NCBI GenBank assembly: GCA_963806855.1
Contig: CAWDYW010000001.1
Coordinates: 672,001-736,000 of the forward strand
Source: an uncultured Verrucomicrobiae bacterium
GTDB lineage: Bacteria; Chlamydiota; Chlamydiia; Chlamydiales; Rhabdochlamydiaceae
DNA: 64,000 nucleotides
Direction of reading: 5' to 3'
Both the position numbers and the translations under genes were made by a program. This document shows, in pieces, positions 10,859 to 20,936 of the stretch. The notes beneath the pieces were generated by a model. It was given only the letters and a program-made list of their open reading frames with translations, had not been told where the DNA came from and made no database searches. How positions within the stretch are numbered: the first letter of the stretch is position 1; each line of letters opens with the position of its first letter.

Positions 10859-10922
10859 CCGCTTTTTCCATCAAAAAATTCTCTATTCTCCTTTTGAGAA
10901 GATTCAGTTATACTTTGTACTT

Positions 10923-12605
10923 ATGGCAAAGAAACCCCTACCGATTGGAATTAGCGACTTTAAAGAATTGATCAGCGGTGGTTATGCCTACGTAGATAAA
11001 ACTCTTTTGATTGAAGAAATCCTAGAAAAAGGAACTAAGGTTGCACTCATCCCTCGCTTGCGCCGTTTTGGCAAAACTTTAAATCTTTCTATGTTGCGCT
11101 ATTTCTTTGAAAAGGGGGAGGAAGACACTCGCTCTCTATTCACTGGGCTGAAAATTTGGCAAAACGAGAAATATAGAGCAATGCAAGGGCAGTTTCCGGT
11201 CATTTTTATCTCCCTTAAAGATGTCAAATACTTTTCCTGGCAAGAAACTTTTGAGGCAATGCAAGAGATTATCGCAAAAGAATTCCAGCGTCACAGATAT
11301 CTCATGGAGGGAGACACGCTTGTTCCTGAAGAGAAAGAAGACTATCTCCGGATTGTCCGAAAAGAAAGTAGCCAAGCTTTGATCGCGACAAGCCTTCTGC
11401 GACTAACGGAATGGATGCATCGTTACCACAAAAAGTTGGTTGTCGTCTTAATCGATGAGTATGACACACCCGCTCATGCCGCCTATGTTGGAAAATACTA
11501 TGACACCCTGATCACCTTTTTGCGGAATTGGCTATCGGCAGGACTAAAGGACAATGTTTTTTTAGAGCGTGGGGTCCTGACTGGAATTCTAAGGATTGCT
11601 AAGGAGAGCATTTTTTCAGGAGCTAACAATATCAGTACGTTTACGATTTTGGATGAAGAATTTCAGGATAAATTTGGACTGTTGGAATCTGAAGTAAAAG
11701 ATCTTTTAGAAAGTTATGCGCTCTCTGATAAGCTATCTGCATTAGGTCAGTGGTATGATGGTTACCGTATTGGATCATGCACTAAAATTTACAACCCGTG
11801 GTCCGTTTTAAATTGCATCTCTAAAAAAGGGTCCCTGGCCCCTTATTGGGTCAATACAAGCGACAACGCCCTGATGAAACAACTGATTACGAAAGGGACA
11901 GATGATCTAAAAGCAGATATCGAGGAACTTCTCAAAGGGGGCATTATTGAGAAAAAAATCGAAGAGGGGATTGTCTTTACTGACTTGGGCAAAAATGCAA
12001 ATACTCTATGGTCCTTACTCCTTTTTAGCGGTTATTTAACACTGGCCGCGACTCCCGCTTACGGAGTTCCTTGCAAATTGCGCATCCCCAATATTGAAGT
12101 GGGGGAGCTCTATAAATCACTCGTTTTGGAATGGTTTGAAAAAAGCATCCATGAGGCAAAATATCATCTGCTCCTAAATAGCTTAATAACTGGTGATATC
12201 GATACATTTTCCCAAATTTTCCAAGAATTTTTAATCTCTTCTGTCAGCGTCTTTGATGTTCCAGCAGATGAATCAGAGAAAATCTATCACGCCTTTGTTT
12301 TAGGAATGTTGGTCGGCCTTAAAGAAAGATACGAAGTTAAATCTAATCGCGAAAGCGGATTAGGACGATACGATGTCACACTGATCCCCAAAAATTCAAG
12401 TGATCTAGGCATCATTATGGAATTCAAAAAAATCAGCCCATTTAAAAAGACCGATTTAGAAACAACCGTCAATTCAGCTCTTGAACAGATTGAAGAAAAG
12501 CAGTATGCTCAGGAATTACTAGATCGAGGTGTGCAGCGTATTTTGTATCTCGGGTTTGCCTTCGAAGGCAGACAGGTCCTCATCCGTCACAAATTTAGAA
12601 CTTAA
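10923..12605 (+). CDS. AAA-ATPase-like domain plus PD-(D/E)XK nuclease protein
   Basis: LPIGISDF, YVDKT, RRFGKT, LIDEYDTP, WYDGY, YNPWS, SNRESGLGRYD...IMEFK. Confidence 0.92.
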   Translation: MAKKPLPIGISDFKELISGGYAYVDKTLLIEEILEKGTKVALIPRLRRFGKTLNLSMLRYFFEKGEEDTRSLFTGLKIWQNEKYRAMQGQFPVIFISLKDVKYFSWQETFEAMQEIIAKEFQRHRYLMEGDTLVPEEKEDYLRIVRKESSQALIATSLLRLTEWMHRYHKKLVVVLIDEYDTPAHAAYVGKYYDTLITFLRNWLSAGLKDNVFLERGVLTGILRIAKESIFSGANNISTFTILDEEFQDKFGLLESEVKDLLESYALSDKLSALGQWYDGYRIGSCTKIYNPWSVLNCISKKGSLAPYWVNTSDNALMKQLITKGTDDLKADIEELLKGGIIEKKIEEGIVFTDLGKNANTLWSLLLFSGYLTLAATPAYGVPCKLRIPNIEVGELYKSLVLEWFEKSIHEAKYHLLLNSLITGDIDTFSQIFQEFLISSVSVFDVPADESEKIYHAFVLGMLVGLKERYEVKSNRESGLGRYDVTLIPKNSSDLGIIMEFKKISPFKKTDLETTVNSALEQIEEKQYAQELLDRGVQRILYLGFAFEGRQVLIRHKFRT

Positions 12606-12609
12606 AGCT

Positions 12610-12864
12610 ATGCCAAGAAAACATCAGAAAAAACAAGAAACCGTCAGGTTAACAATCGATTTCCCTGTTGAGCAACATACTTATATCAAAATGTTGGCAG
12701 CCAAAGAAGGAGTGACCCTTAGAGAATTTGTGATTGAACATCTGCCAAGTTTGGATAAGGGAAAGAAAAAGCACAAGAATGCAAGCGATGATGAATTTAA
12801 TGAACTGCTTAAAGAATTTCTTGTGGAAAAAGCTCCTACGCTCAAAAGGCTCTCTAAGAAATGA
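12610..12864 (+). CDS. Probable antitoxin (ribbon-helix-helix-like)
   Basis: 84 aa; RLTIDFP...HTYIKMLAA; C-terminal LKRLSK; ATGA overlap with the Doc gene. Confidence 0.7.
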   Translation: MPRKHQKKQETVRLTIDFPVEQHTYIKMLAAKEGVTLREFVIEHLPSLDKGKKKHKNASDDEFNELLKEFLVEKAPTLKRLSKK

Positions 12865-13292
12865 TCTGTTTTTTAACCTTAGAGCAAATTCTACGTCTTC
12901 ATGATGCAGCTGTTGATAAATTTGGTGGTCTAACAGGAATTAGAGACCAAAATCTATTATTGTCATGTATAGAAAGTCCAAAACAATGTCTCTTTGGCGA
13001 AGATTTATGCCCAACTGTGTATGACAAGGCTGCGGCATACTTTTTTAATATAGTCCGCAACCATCCTTTTAATGATAGCAATAAAAGAACAGGGCTTGGC
13101 TCTGCCTATTTATTTTTACGGATCAATAAAGTTCCTATCGCATTTGAGTCTCGCTTTGAAGATGAAACTATAGACGACTTTGTAGTTAAAGTAGCTCAGA
13201 GCAAAAAGGCAACCAAAGAAGAAGTCGCCTATTTTCTCGAATTCGGTAAGGAAATTAAGTCAATTGAATGCGACCCAAAGGTTGGATCTTGA
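12861..13292 (+). CDS. Doc (death-on-curing)/Fic family toxin
   Basis: FLTLEQILRLH, FGG..GIRD..LL, KAAA, HPFNDSNKRTG; 3' end overlaps the cdsV copy. Confidence 0.9.
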   Translation: MICFLTLEQILRLHDAAVDKFGGLTGIRDQNLLLSCIESPKQCLFGEDLCPTVYDKAAAYFFNIVRNHPFNDSNKRTGLGSAYLFLRINKVPIAFESRFEDETIDDFVVKVAQSKKATKEEVAYFLEFGKEIKSIECDPKVGS

Positions 13293-13893
13293 TCTCGGGG
13301 ACCACTTCCTGGTAGGAGACCACCGCCATGTCAGGGAATTCGCCTTCGATGAGCTTCCGCATGAATCGGCGCACGTCGATGGCTGTCAGGAGGACGGGAG
13401 GCTGCCCGCCGGTTGGGGTGGGGGTGATCACTTGCCGCATGGCGTTCAAAATCAGCTGCACACTGTCAGGGTCAAGCGCCAAATAGGAGCCGGCCGAGGT
13501 CTGTTTAATGGCGCCGCGGACCATATCTTCGATTTCGGGATCGCAGAGATAGACGGAGAGGATTGACTGTCCTTGGGAGTATTTGTAGCTGATGTAACGT
13601 TTCAATGAAGAGCGGACGTATTCAGTCAAAAGGACTGTATCCTTCTCACTTTGGGCCCATTCGCTCAGAGATTCCAAAATTGTTCTTAAATCCTTAATCG
13701 AGATTTGCTCTTGCACTAGGCGTCTAAATATTTCCGTTAACTTCTGCAAGGGGACGAGGCGGGTCACTTCTTTGACGAGGTCGGGGAACGATTTCTCGAG
13801 GAACTCAAGGATGCCGCGCACCTCTTGGATCCCGATGAAATCGGCAGCATGCTGTCTATAAAAATAGGACAAATGAAGGATCATCACGTCGAG
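13255..13893 (-). pseudogene. cdsV: Diverged partial duplicate of the cdsV 3' end (open 210-codon frame, 13255..13887)
   Basis: Nine amino-acid differences by eye from the last 210 aa of the main copy, many synonymous changes, no stops. Confidence 0.92.
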
Positions 13894-14027
13894 TCGGCAA
13901 ATTCGGTCATCGAAATCGAGCTGGTCTCCTGGGAAATGGCCATCTTGCGCGCATCAGCCTGCTCCTGCTTCTGAATCCGAGCGCTGTCGGTAGGCTCAAT
14001 GGGGGATGTGCTGAAAGAGTCTGACAT
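13884..14027 (-). pseudogene. copN: Truncated duplicate of the copN 5' end (47-aa ORF) joined to the cdsV fragment
   Basis: 13894-14075 matches 9597-9778; translates MSDSFSTSPIEPTDSARIQKQEQADARKMAISQETSSISMTEFADST*. Confidence 0.92.
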
Positions 14028-14074
14028 ATTCCCCCTGTTTTACTGCAGAGGGAGGTTTAGGTCAACCTGTATAG

Positions 14075-14112
14075 AACGCAAAAGCATAAAGACGCAAAGA
14101 CGCAAAAGAAAT
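14075..14112. repeat. Single arm of a CGCAAAG-type REP-like element
   Basis: aacgcaaaagcataaagacgcaaagacgcaaaagaaat resembles the left arm of the element at 46938. Confidence 0.55.
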
Positions 14113-14135
14113 AACTGAAAATAAGAGGGTTAAGT

Positions 14136-14193
14136 AAACCGTGCAATGGCAGCGCACGGTTTTGGACTAAAGTATGCATTGATAGTGCACGGT
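14136..14193. promoter_or_regulatory. Second copy of the 27-bp AAACCGTGC palindrome plus a degenerate copy
   Basis: 14136-14162 is identical to 10800-10826. Confidence 0.65.
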
Positions 14194-14251
14194 GTATTCA
14201 AAAATAAATTTTTTCCTTGATTTTTTGAGTGTAATCTGCTAATATTTATCT

Positions 14252-14884
14252 ATGACTTTATCTAAAATATATAATGCTTATTCTATCTCCCATTCGTTTA
14301 TTGTGCAGAAAATTGCCAATCCAATCGATCGCGTTTTTTCCCATGACGCACAACGGGCCCTCATCCACAGCGCAATCGCATTGACCCTGCTTGCTGCGAT
14401 GTATGAATATTTACCAATTGAATTCTATCTGATATCAGCTATTATGCCGGTTCAAGGGTTAGCGCTCGGCGTAGTCACTAAGGTAATTTCTCACCTAGTT
14501 AATTATGACACAAATAGGAAGGATTTTAATGATATTGTTGAGAGCACTTCCCCCTTTATCCTTTCTGTTGCGGCCCCCTTATGTGAGGAATTTGAATTTC
14601 GGGTAATTCTTCAAGGATGTTTAAATAGATTATTTCCTCCTATCGCTTCGATCTTCGTTGCAAGTAGTGTATTTGGATCTATCCATTATTACAGTAGCTC
14701 TAAAGGTAACCTACCTCACGCTATAGCAAGTGGCTGGCAAGGTATCGTATTTGGTACGCTTTACTCTAATTGGGGATTTGCCGCCGCATTCTTCGCACAT
14801 AGCCTTAACAATTGTGTAATGGACGGAATGATTCAACTTGCGAAAAAGACTAGCCGTGTTGTTGCTGAACCGACTCATGGATAA
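14252..14884 (+). CDS. CPBP (CAAX/Abi) family intramembrane metalloprotease
   Basis: APLCEEFEFR, FGSIH and AHSLNN motifs; multiple TM segments. Confidence 0.88.
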   Translation: MTLSKIYNAYSISHSFIVQKIANPIDRVFSHDAQRALIHSAIALTLLAAMYEYLPIEFYLISAIMPVQGLALGVVTKVISHLVNYDTNRKDFNDIVESTSPFILSVAAPLCEEFEFRVILQGCLNRLFPPIASIFVASSVFGSIHYYSSSKGNLPHAIASGWQGIVFGTLYSNWGFAAAFFAHSLNNCVMDGMIQLAKKTSRVVAEPTHG

Positions 14885-14910
14885 CGGTATACTGATGAGT
14901 AGAGGACAAC

Positions 14911-14958
14911 TTACTGTTCTTCTCTCGAAACCATTTCTTGAATTGTGATAAAATTCAT
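14911..14958 (-). pseudogene. Probable remnant of a Doc-type toxin N-terminus (MNFITIQEMVSREEQ*)
   Basis: ATGA overlap with the antitoxin stop; start resembles Doc N-termini (compare MICFLTLEQ at 12861). Confidence 0.45.
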
Positions 14959-15188
14959 CGTTTTGACAACCTTTTCAACAATGCACCATTTTCTTTTATG
15001 ATCTGTCTAAAAGCTTCCTTGTGTAGGTTTTCATTTACAGACTTTACAGACTGAATCAGTATTCCTCCATTTGGATCGATGGTGATTTGGAATAAAGCCG
15101 TATCTTCATCTAGACCGGCTGCTTGCAAAAGAGCCTTGTCGATAATTAAAGCGCGACTATTTCCATGATGAATAAGCGATTTGATCAA
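14955..15188 (-). CDS. AbrB/MazE-type antitoxin
   Basis: KSLIHHGNSRALIIDKALL motif; AAGGAGG upstream of the TTG start; C-terminal LLKRLSKR. Confidence 0.85.
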   Translation of the reverse strand: MIKSLIHHGNSRALIIDKALLQAAGLDEDTALFQITIDPNGGILIQSVKSVNENLHKEAFRQIIKENGALLKRLSKR

Positions 15189-15247
15189 AATATTACCTCC
15201 TTAAGTGGTATATATTTAGTGTCGGTACATTGTATATCCAATTGATT

Positions 15248-17385
15248 TTAAGTCAGCTGAATGCGGCCCAAGGGTTGGATCCGGATTTCGGGGACGATTT
15301 CCTGGTAGGAGACAACCGCCATGTCGGGGAATTCGCCTTCGATGAGCTTGCGGACAAAGCGGCGCACGTCGATGGCTGTCAGCAGGACAGGAGGTTGCCC
15401 GCCGACAGGGGTGGGGGTGATCACTTGGCGCATCGCGTGCAGGATCAGCTGCACGGAGTCGGGATCGAGCGCGAGATAGGAGCCGGCCGAGGTCTGTTTG
15501 ATGGCGCCGCGGACCATATCTTCGATTTCGGGATCGAGCAGATAGACGGAGAGGATCGATTGTCCTTGGGAGTATTTGTAGCTGATGTAGCGTTTCAGTG
15601 AAGAGCGGACATATTCGGTCAAAAGGACGGTATCTTTTTCAGTTTGGGCCCATTCGCTCAGGGATTCCAAAATGGTTCTTAAATCTTTAATCGAGATTTG
15701 CTCTTGCACTAGGCGTTTAAAAATTTCCGTCAGTTTTTGCAAAGGGACAAGGCGGGTCACTTCTTTGACGAGGTCGGGGTACGATTTTTCGAGGAACTCA
15801 AGGATGCCGCGCACTTCTTGGATGCCGATGAAATCGGCGGCATGCTGTCGATAAAAATATGAAAGGTGGAGGATCATCACGTCGAGGGGGCTCCAGAATT
15901 TAATGCCTGCTTTCTTCATCACATCTTGGTACTTGTTGGTCGACCCAGATAGGAGGGTTGGCCGAGCGAGTTTTTCGAGGTGGTGTAGGGGATGTTATAG
16001 CGGTTCAGCGTTTCGGGATCTTCGTTCGTTAATAAGGCGCCTTCTTCGATTTTGCCGCGGACGATCGGCACTTCGTTGAGGAAGATGAGATATTCATCGG
16101 CGCCGAGGATGGGCGAATCGGTGCGGACGTGTACTCCCGGGAAGCGGACGCCGAGGTCTTGGTAGAGGGCATGGCGCATTTTGGGGATCATCTCTTCGAT
16201 GAAGGTCATTCCCCCTTTTTCACGCCGGATCTCTCCGGAGAGGTAGCTGCCCACTTCTAGGATGACGGGGAGTGTGAGGGCATAGTCGTCGGCGCCGCCG
16301 CGGACGACTCGGTGGCCGGCGACGTCGGTCTCGACGGCTCCGCCTGATGAGATGCGGGCCTCGCGGCTTTCGCCCTTTTTTAGTCTTGTACTAGGTGTAA
16401 AAGCCGACGGAGATGATGCCGACACCTAAGAAGAGGAAGATGAGGGTGGGGAAGCCTTTGAAGAAGGCCATCGCCAAGATGACGACGCCGGCGATGATGA
16501 CCGCTTTTGGCTGGCCGAGGAGCTGGGAGGAGATTTCGTTAGCCGAGGTTCGCATCTTTCTTGTCGCTCGAGACGCGGGTCGTGACGATACCGGCAGTCA
16601 GGGCGATGAGGAGTGAGGGGATTTGGGAGACGAGGCCGGCGCCGATCGAGAGGAGGGTATAGGTTTGGGCCGCCTGCATCGCGGTCATGCCATGCATGGA
16701 CATCCCGATGATCAGACCGCCGATGATGTTGATCACCGCAATGACGATACCGGCGATCACGTCCCCTTTGACGAATTTCATCGCGCCGTCCATCGCTCCA
16801 TACAGCTGGCTCTCTTTTTGGTAGGGCGAGGCGGAGTTCGCGGGCTTGGTTGGCGTCGATCACACCGCTGCGCATATCGGCGTCGATAGACATTTGCTTA
16901 CCGGGCATCGCGTCCAAGGTGAAGCGGGCGGCCACCTCGGCGACACGCTCGGCACCCTTGGTCACCACGATGAACTGGACGATGGTGATGATCAAGAAGA
17001 CGATACCGCCGACGACGAAGTTACCGCCGACGACGAACTGTCCGAAGGCGTAGATGATGTGCCCCGCGTTGGCGTAGAGGAGGATCTGTTTCGTCGCTGA
17101 AATTTCGATACCGAAACGGAAGAGGGTTGTGATGAGCAGCAGCGAGGGGAAGATCGACAGATTGACCGCTTTGGGGATGTAGAGGGCGACCATCAAGAGG
17201 GAGATCGAAATGGTCAGGTTGATCGCGATGAAATTATCGAGGACCCCCGGGGAGATCGGGACGATAATGATCATGATCAAGAGGATGATAAAAGCTGCGA
17301 GAAAGAGATCGGTCGAACGGCCAATGGCTCTGAGGGTCCTTTCGCCGCCTAAAATACGTCCGAGATTTTCAAAAAATTTATTCAT
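15248..17385 (-). CDS. cdsV: Type III secretion export gate CdsV (SctV/LcrD), with apparent frameshifts
   Basis: FPSLLLITTLFR, KGAERVAEVAARFTLDAMPGKQMSIDAD, MDGAMKFVKGD, LVQEQISIKDLRTI. Confidence 0.95.
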
Positions 17386-18463
17386 TTATTTAAACAAGTC
17401 CAAGTGCGCTGTTTCTTCTTTTTCGATCGACTCCAACCAGCGGAGAATCTCGGAGACCGCTTCATAAGTCTCCTCAGGTATATAATCGCCGATTTTCCCT
17501 TTTTCGAACAGAGTTTGTGCAAGATCGACGTTTCTCATGATCGGAACATTGTAGTCATTGGCCAGCATGAACAATCCGGTCAGCCACCACCCCTTTTCCC
17601 ATTGTGACGATACGCGGAGCTGGTTCTGCCTCTTCATTATATTCGATGGCGACGGCAATGTGGATCGGGTTGGTGATCACGGCGCGGGCCCGCTTGACCC
17701 CAGTCGGCCCCTCTTGATAGGCGATTTCTTGAGCCGTGCGCCGCCTTTGGCTCTTGATTTCAGGGTCACCTTCGGTATCTTTATACTCCTGCTTCACCTC
17801 AAATTTTTCCATCCGCATCTCTTTGGCGAAATTTTTCTTTTGGTAGACTAGGTCGGCAACTGCCACTGCTAAAAAGAAGATCCCGACACGGATGACCACC
17901 TTAATCAGAAACGAGGAGACCACCTGGGCGCTGGCCATAATCGGCAGCCCCGCGCAGGCGACAATTTCCGGGACGCTATCGTAGACGACGCTCCAAATGA
18001 GGAGGAAGGCCACCGTGATCTTTAACACCGATTTCACCAATTCAAACAGCGTCTTGAACTTAAATAAATTTTTGATGTTCGTCACCGGGTTGAGCCGTTT
18101 GAGGTCGGGCTTCATCGCCTCAGGAGAAAAGAGGGGGCCGACGATTAGAAAGCTGCTGAGCACCCCCACACAAACTGTGACGATCAAAATCGGGATCGTG
18201 CAATTCATGATCACCGTAAGCGCCTCGGTAAAGAGCAGTCCCCCCATCGCCTGCATATCGATATTGCCCATCGAAGAGCGGCGGAACATATTGATGATGT
18301 AGCTGCCAAGCTGGGTGAAAATGTAGCCTGATAAGATCAGCGTCGTGGAGATCGAGACGATAAAAGTGAAGGCAGAGGGGAAATCTTGCGCTTTGGCGAC
18401 CTGTCCCTTTTTGCGGGCGTCACGCAGTTTCTTAGGTGTTGCCTTTTCGGTTTTTTCGGCCAT
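17386..18463 (-). CDS. cdsU: Type III secretion switch protein CdsU (SctU), with one apparent frameshift near 17570
   Basis: EKTEKATPKKLRDARKKGQVAK, EVKQEYKDTEGDPEIK, NPIH autocleavage-type motif, VPIMRNVDLA. Confidence 0.95.
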
Positions 18464-18490
18464 GGTACCTAAACAGTATCAATCTTTCGA

Positions 18491-19588
18491 TTAGTTGTGG
18501 AAGAACAAAATCACATCGCCATCTTTGACAATATAGTCTTTCCCTTCAGAACGGGCTCTTCCAACCTCACGGGCGCCCACTCGTCCCTTGTAGGTCATCA
18601 TGTCGTCATATGCGACCACTTCTGCGCGGATGAATCCCTTTTGGATGTCGGAGTGGATCTCTCCAGCAGCTTCTTGGGCGCCAGTCCCTTCCTTAATTGT
18701 CCAGGCCCGCGTCTCGATTTCGCCCGTCGTGATGTAGGTGATCAGCCCCAGCGCCTTAAAGGCGGCTTTGGTAAGCCGGTTTAGCCCCGTCTCTTTCAAA
18801 CCGAGCGATTCCAAATATTCCTTTGCCTCAGCCGGATCCAATTGCGCCAATTCTTCTTCCAGTTTGGCGCAGATCGGGATGACCATACTCCCTTCTTTTT
18901 CGGCGAATTTGCGCAGAGTTTGCACGTGGACATTGTCCATTTCGGGCAGATCTCCCTCGCCGACATTGGCCAGGTAGATCACCTTTTTATTGGTTAAAAA
19001 ATTGTAATTTTCCAAAATCAATCGCTCGGCCTCAGAAAGAGACACCGTCCGGACCGGTAAATTTTGATTTAGATGGGCCACCACCTTCTTCAGACAGGCG
19101 AGCGCGGCGGCAGCATCCTTATTGCTCTTGGCCTGCTTTTCCAGCTTAGCTGCAGTATTTTCGGCCATCTGCAGATCGGCGAGGATCAGCTCGAGATTGA
19201 TCACCTCGACGTCTTGGAGCGGATCGACTTTGCCAGCCACATGGATCACATCATCATTTTCAAAGCAGCGGACCACATGGACAATCGCATCGGTCTCCCG
19301 AATGTTGGCCAAAAACTGATTGCCGAGGCCTTCTCCCTTAGATGCGCCCGCGACGAGTCCCGCGATGTCGACAAACGTCACCATCGCCGGGATGATCTTC
19401 TGACTCTTCGACATCACCGAAAGGGCCTGCAGCCTGGGATCCTCAAGCTCGACCATCCCCACATTCGGCTCGATCGTGCAAAACGGATAGTTGGCGGCAG
19501 CGGCGGCAGCTTTTTTGATTAAGGCATTAAAAAGGGTCGATTTGCCCACATTGGGGAGACCGACAATTCCACAAGATAAGTTTGGCAT
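18491..19588 (-). CDS. ychF: Ribosome-binding ATPase YchF
   Basis: [40 protein letters not shown]. Confidence 0.97.
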   Translation of the reverse strand: MPNLSCGIVGLPNVGKSTLFNALIKKAAAAAANYPFCTIEPNVGMVELEDPRLQALSVMSKSQKIIPAMVTFVDIAGLVAGASKGEGLGNQFLANIRETDAIVHVVRCFENDDVIHVAGKVDPLQDVEVINLELILADLQMAENTAAKLEKQAKSNKDAAAALACLKKVVAHLNQNLPVRTVSLSEAERLILENYNFLTNKKVIYLANVGEGDLPEMDNVHVQTLRKFAEKEGSMVIPICAKLEEELAQLDPAEAKEYLESLGLKETGLNRLTKAAFKALGLITYITTGEIETRAWTIKEGTGAQEAAGEIHSDIQKGFIRAEVVAYDDMMTYKGRVGAREVGRARSEGKDYIVKDGDVILFFHN

Positions 19589-19634
19589 AACTAGAGGAAG
19601 TGTAACATTTTTTAAGAGCGGAAGCTAGAAATAA

Positions 19635-19666
19635 AAAAAGCTTACACAAAAATGTGTAAGCTTTTT
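19635..19666. terminator. Intrinsic terminator hairpin after the 19686..20861 gene
   Basis: aaaaagcttacaca-aaaa-tgtgtaagcttttt, with A/T tracts on both sides. Confidence 0.8.
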
Positions 19667-19685
19667 GTTGAAAAAAGGTAGGGGA

Positions 19686-20861
19686 CTATTTGTTTTCCTC
19701 TCGCTCTTGTTGTGCGATTTGTCTTTGTCTAACCCCATAATGGACTTCTTTTATTTGTTTTGGGCTAGGCCTAACGGGAGTTCCATGGGCACTGCCGCCG
19801 CCCTCAAAACTTACGTCTTCCACTTCCTTATAAAATTTATCATCTATTTTCACCGCACCTTTAGGAGGCTTTTTTTGGTCGCTACATATATAATAAAACT
19901 TTCCATCTGTTCCTTCTACCAGGTTGGGGTCGTCGTCATATACCTCTAACACATCGGCTTGAGGTGGTTGAGCTTGAACTCCAGCCTGTCTTATTGGAGT
20001 TCCTGGTTTTGATGCGGCTCTAGTTTCGCCACCCTCGCCACCGGCTACATTATCTTTGCGGGGTTGTCCAGGGGAAGACTCGTTAGTCCTTGGGCCTTCA
20101 CCCATAATCGATTGGCCGTCACGATCTTTATATAGGGATGATACATAAGAGAGACCTCTATGTACATCCTGATCTGATTCGGCAGGAGCTGATTTAGCGC
20201 CTTGTGGAAGTTCGCCATAGCTGGCTTTGGCTAAACAGTATGCGATCGCTCTGCAACCATAATATGACGTTTCACCAAATGCTCTGAATCCGAAAGATGC
20301 GACTTTAGTAGATACTTTCCATGCGGCGCCGACGATTCCGACTTTAAGTGCAATGTCGAGAAGCAGTTTGGGATCGACTTTGCGGTTTAGCCCAAAATTG
20401 GCCCCAGCGTAGACTGCAGCGGTAGCTAAGCTAATCGATGTCGCGACGCGAACAGCACCATAATGATTGATTTTAGGGACTCTCTTCAGAACTGCATCGA
20501 TTAAAGTAGCAGAAGCTCCAATTGCGGCAGCTGTCTGTATTTCTACATCGTAATTAGATAAGGTTGTGGCAATTGTTTTAACCGATTCGGAAGATAGATT
20601 AGAGAGGCTCGTCGTAACAGACTTCGTTAAATCAACCGCGCTACCTGCAAGAGATTTTGCATTTTCAACTGTGAGACTAGCATAGGCCGATTGAGCCCAT
20701 TCATCCAAAACAGCTTTTGCTGTTGGCAATTTCGCAGCTGTATCCTGATAACATCCTCTTACGTAATTCCCTACAACTACAAACGCTGCAGGATAAACAG
20801 TATTACTACCTAATCTTTTTATTCCGGACCAAATCCCTGAATTGTCATTATTTACTTTCAT
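19686..20861 (-). CDS. Hypothetical Inc-like or effector-like membrane protein
   Basis: 391-aa ORF, GAGG RBS, central hydrophobic hairpin, low-complexity C-terminus. Confidence 0.7.
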   Translation of the reverse strand: MKVNNDNSGIWSGIKRLGSNTVYPAAFVVVGNYVRGCYQDTAAKLPTAKAVLDEWAQSAYASLTVENAKSLAGSAVDLTKSVTTSLSNLSSESVKTIATTLSNYDVEIQTAAAIGASATLIDAVLKRVPKINHYGAVRVATSISLATAAVYAGANFGLNRKVDPKLLLDIALKVGIVGAAWKVSTKVASFGFRAFGETSYYGCRAIAYCLAKASYGELPQGAKSAPAESDQDVHRGLSYVSSLYKDRDGQSIMGEGPRTNESSPGQPRKDNVAGGEGGETRAASKPGTPIRQAGVQAQPPQADVLEVYDDDPNLVEGTDGKFYYICSDQKKPPKGAVKIDDKFYKEVEDVSFEGGGSAHGTPVRPSPKQIKEVHYGVRQRQIAQQEREENK

Positions 20862-20891
20862 ATATTCCTCAATGTCTTTTTTAGTAATTAG

Positions 20892-20926
20892 TTTGAGCTT
20901 GGTGGTCTAGGACCACCAAGCTCAAA
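20892..20926. terminator. Perfect 16-bp hairpin between the two Inc-like genes
   Basis: tttgagcttggtggtc-tag-gaccaccaagctcaaa; no long U-tract. Confidence 0.55.
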
Positions 20927-20936
20927 TCAGGATCGG

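Noticed and set aside
10783..15247. Integron or prophage explanation for the cassettes
   Set aside because: No integrase, no convincing attC sites and no phage genes in the window.
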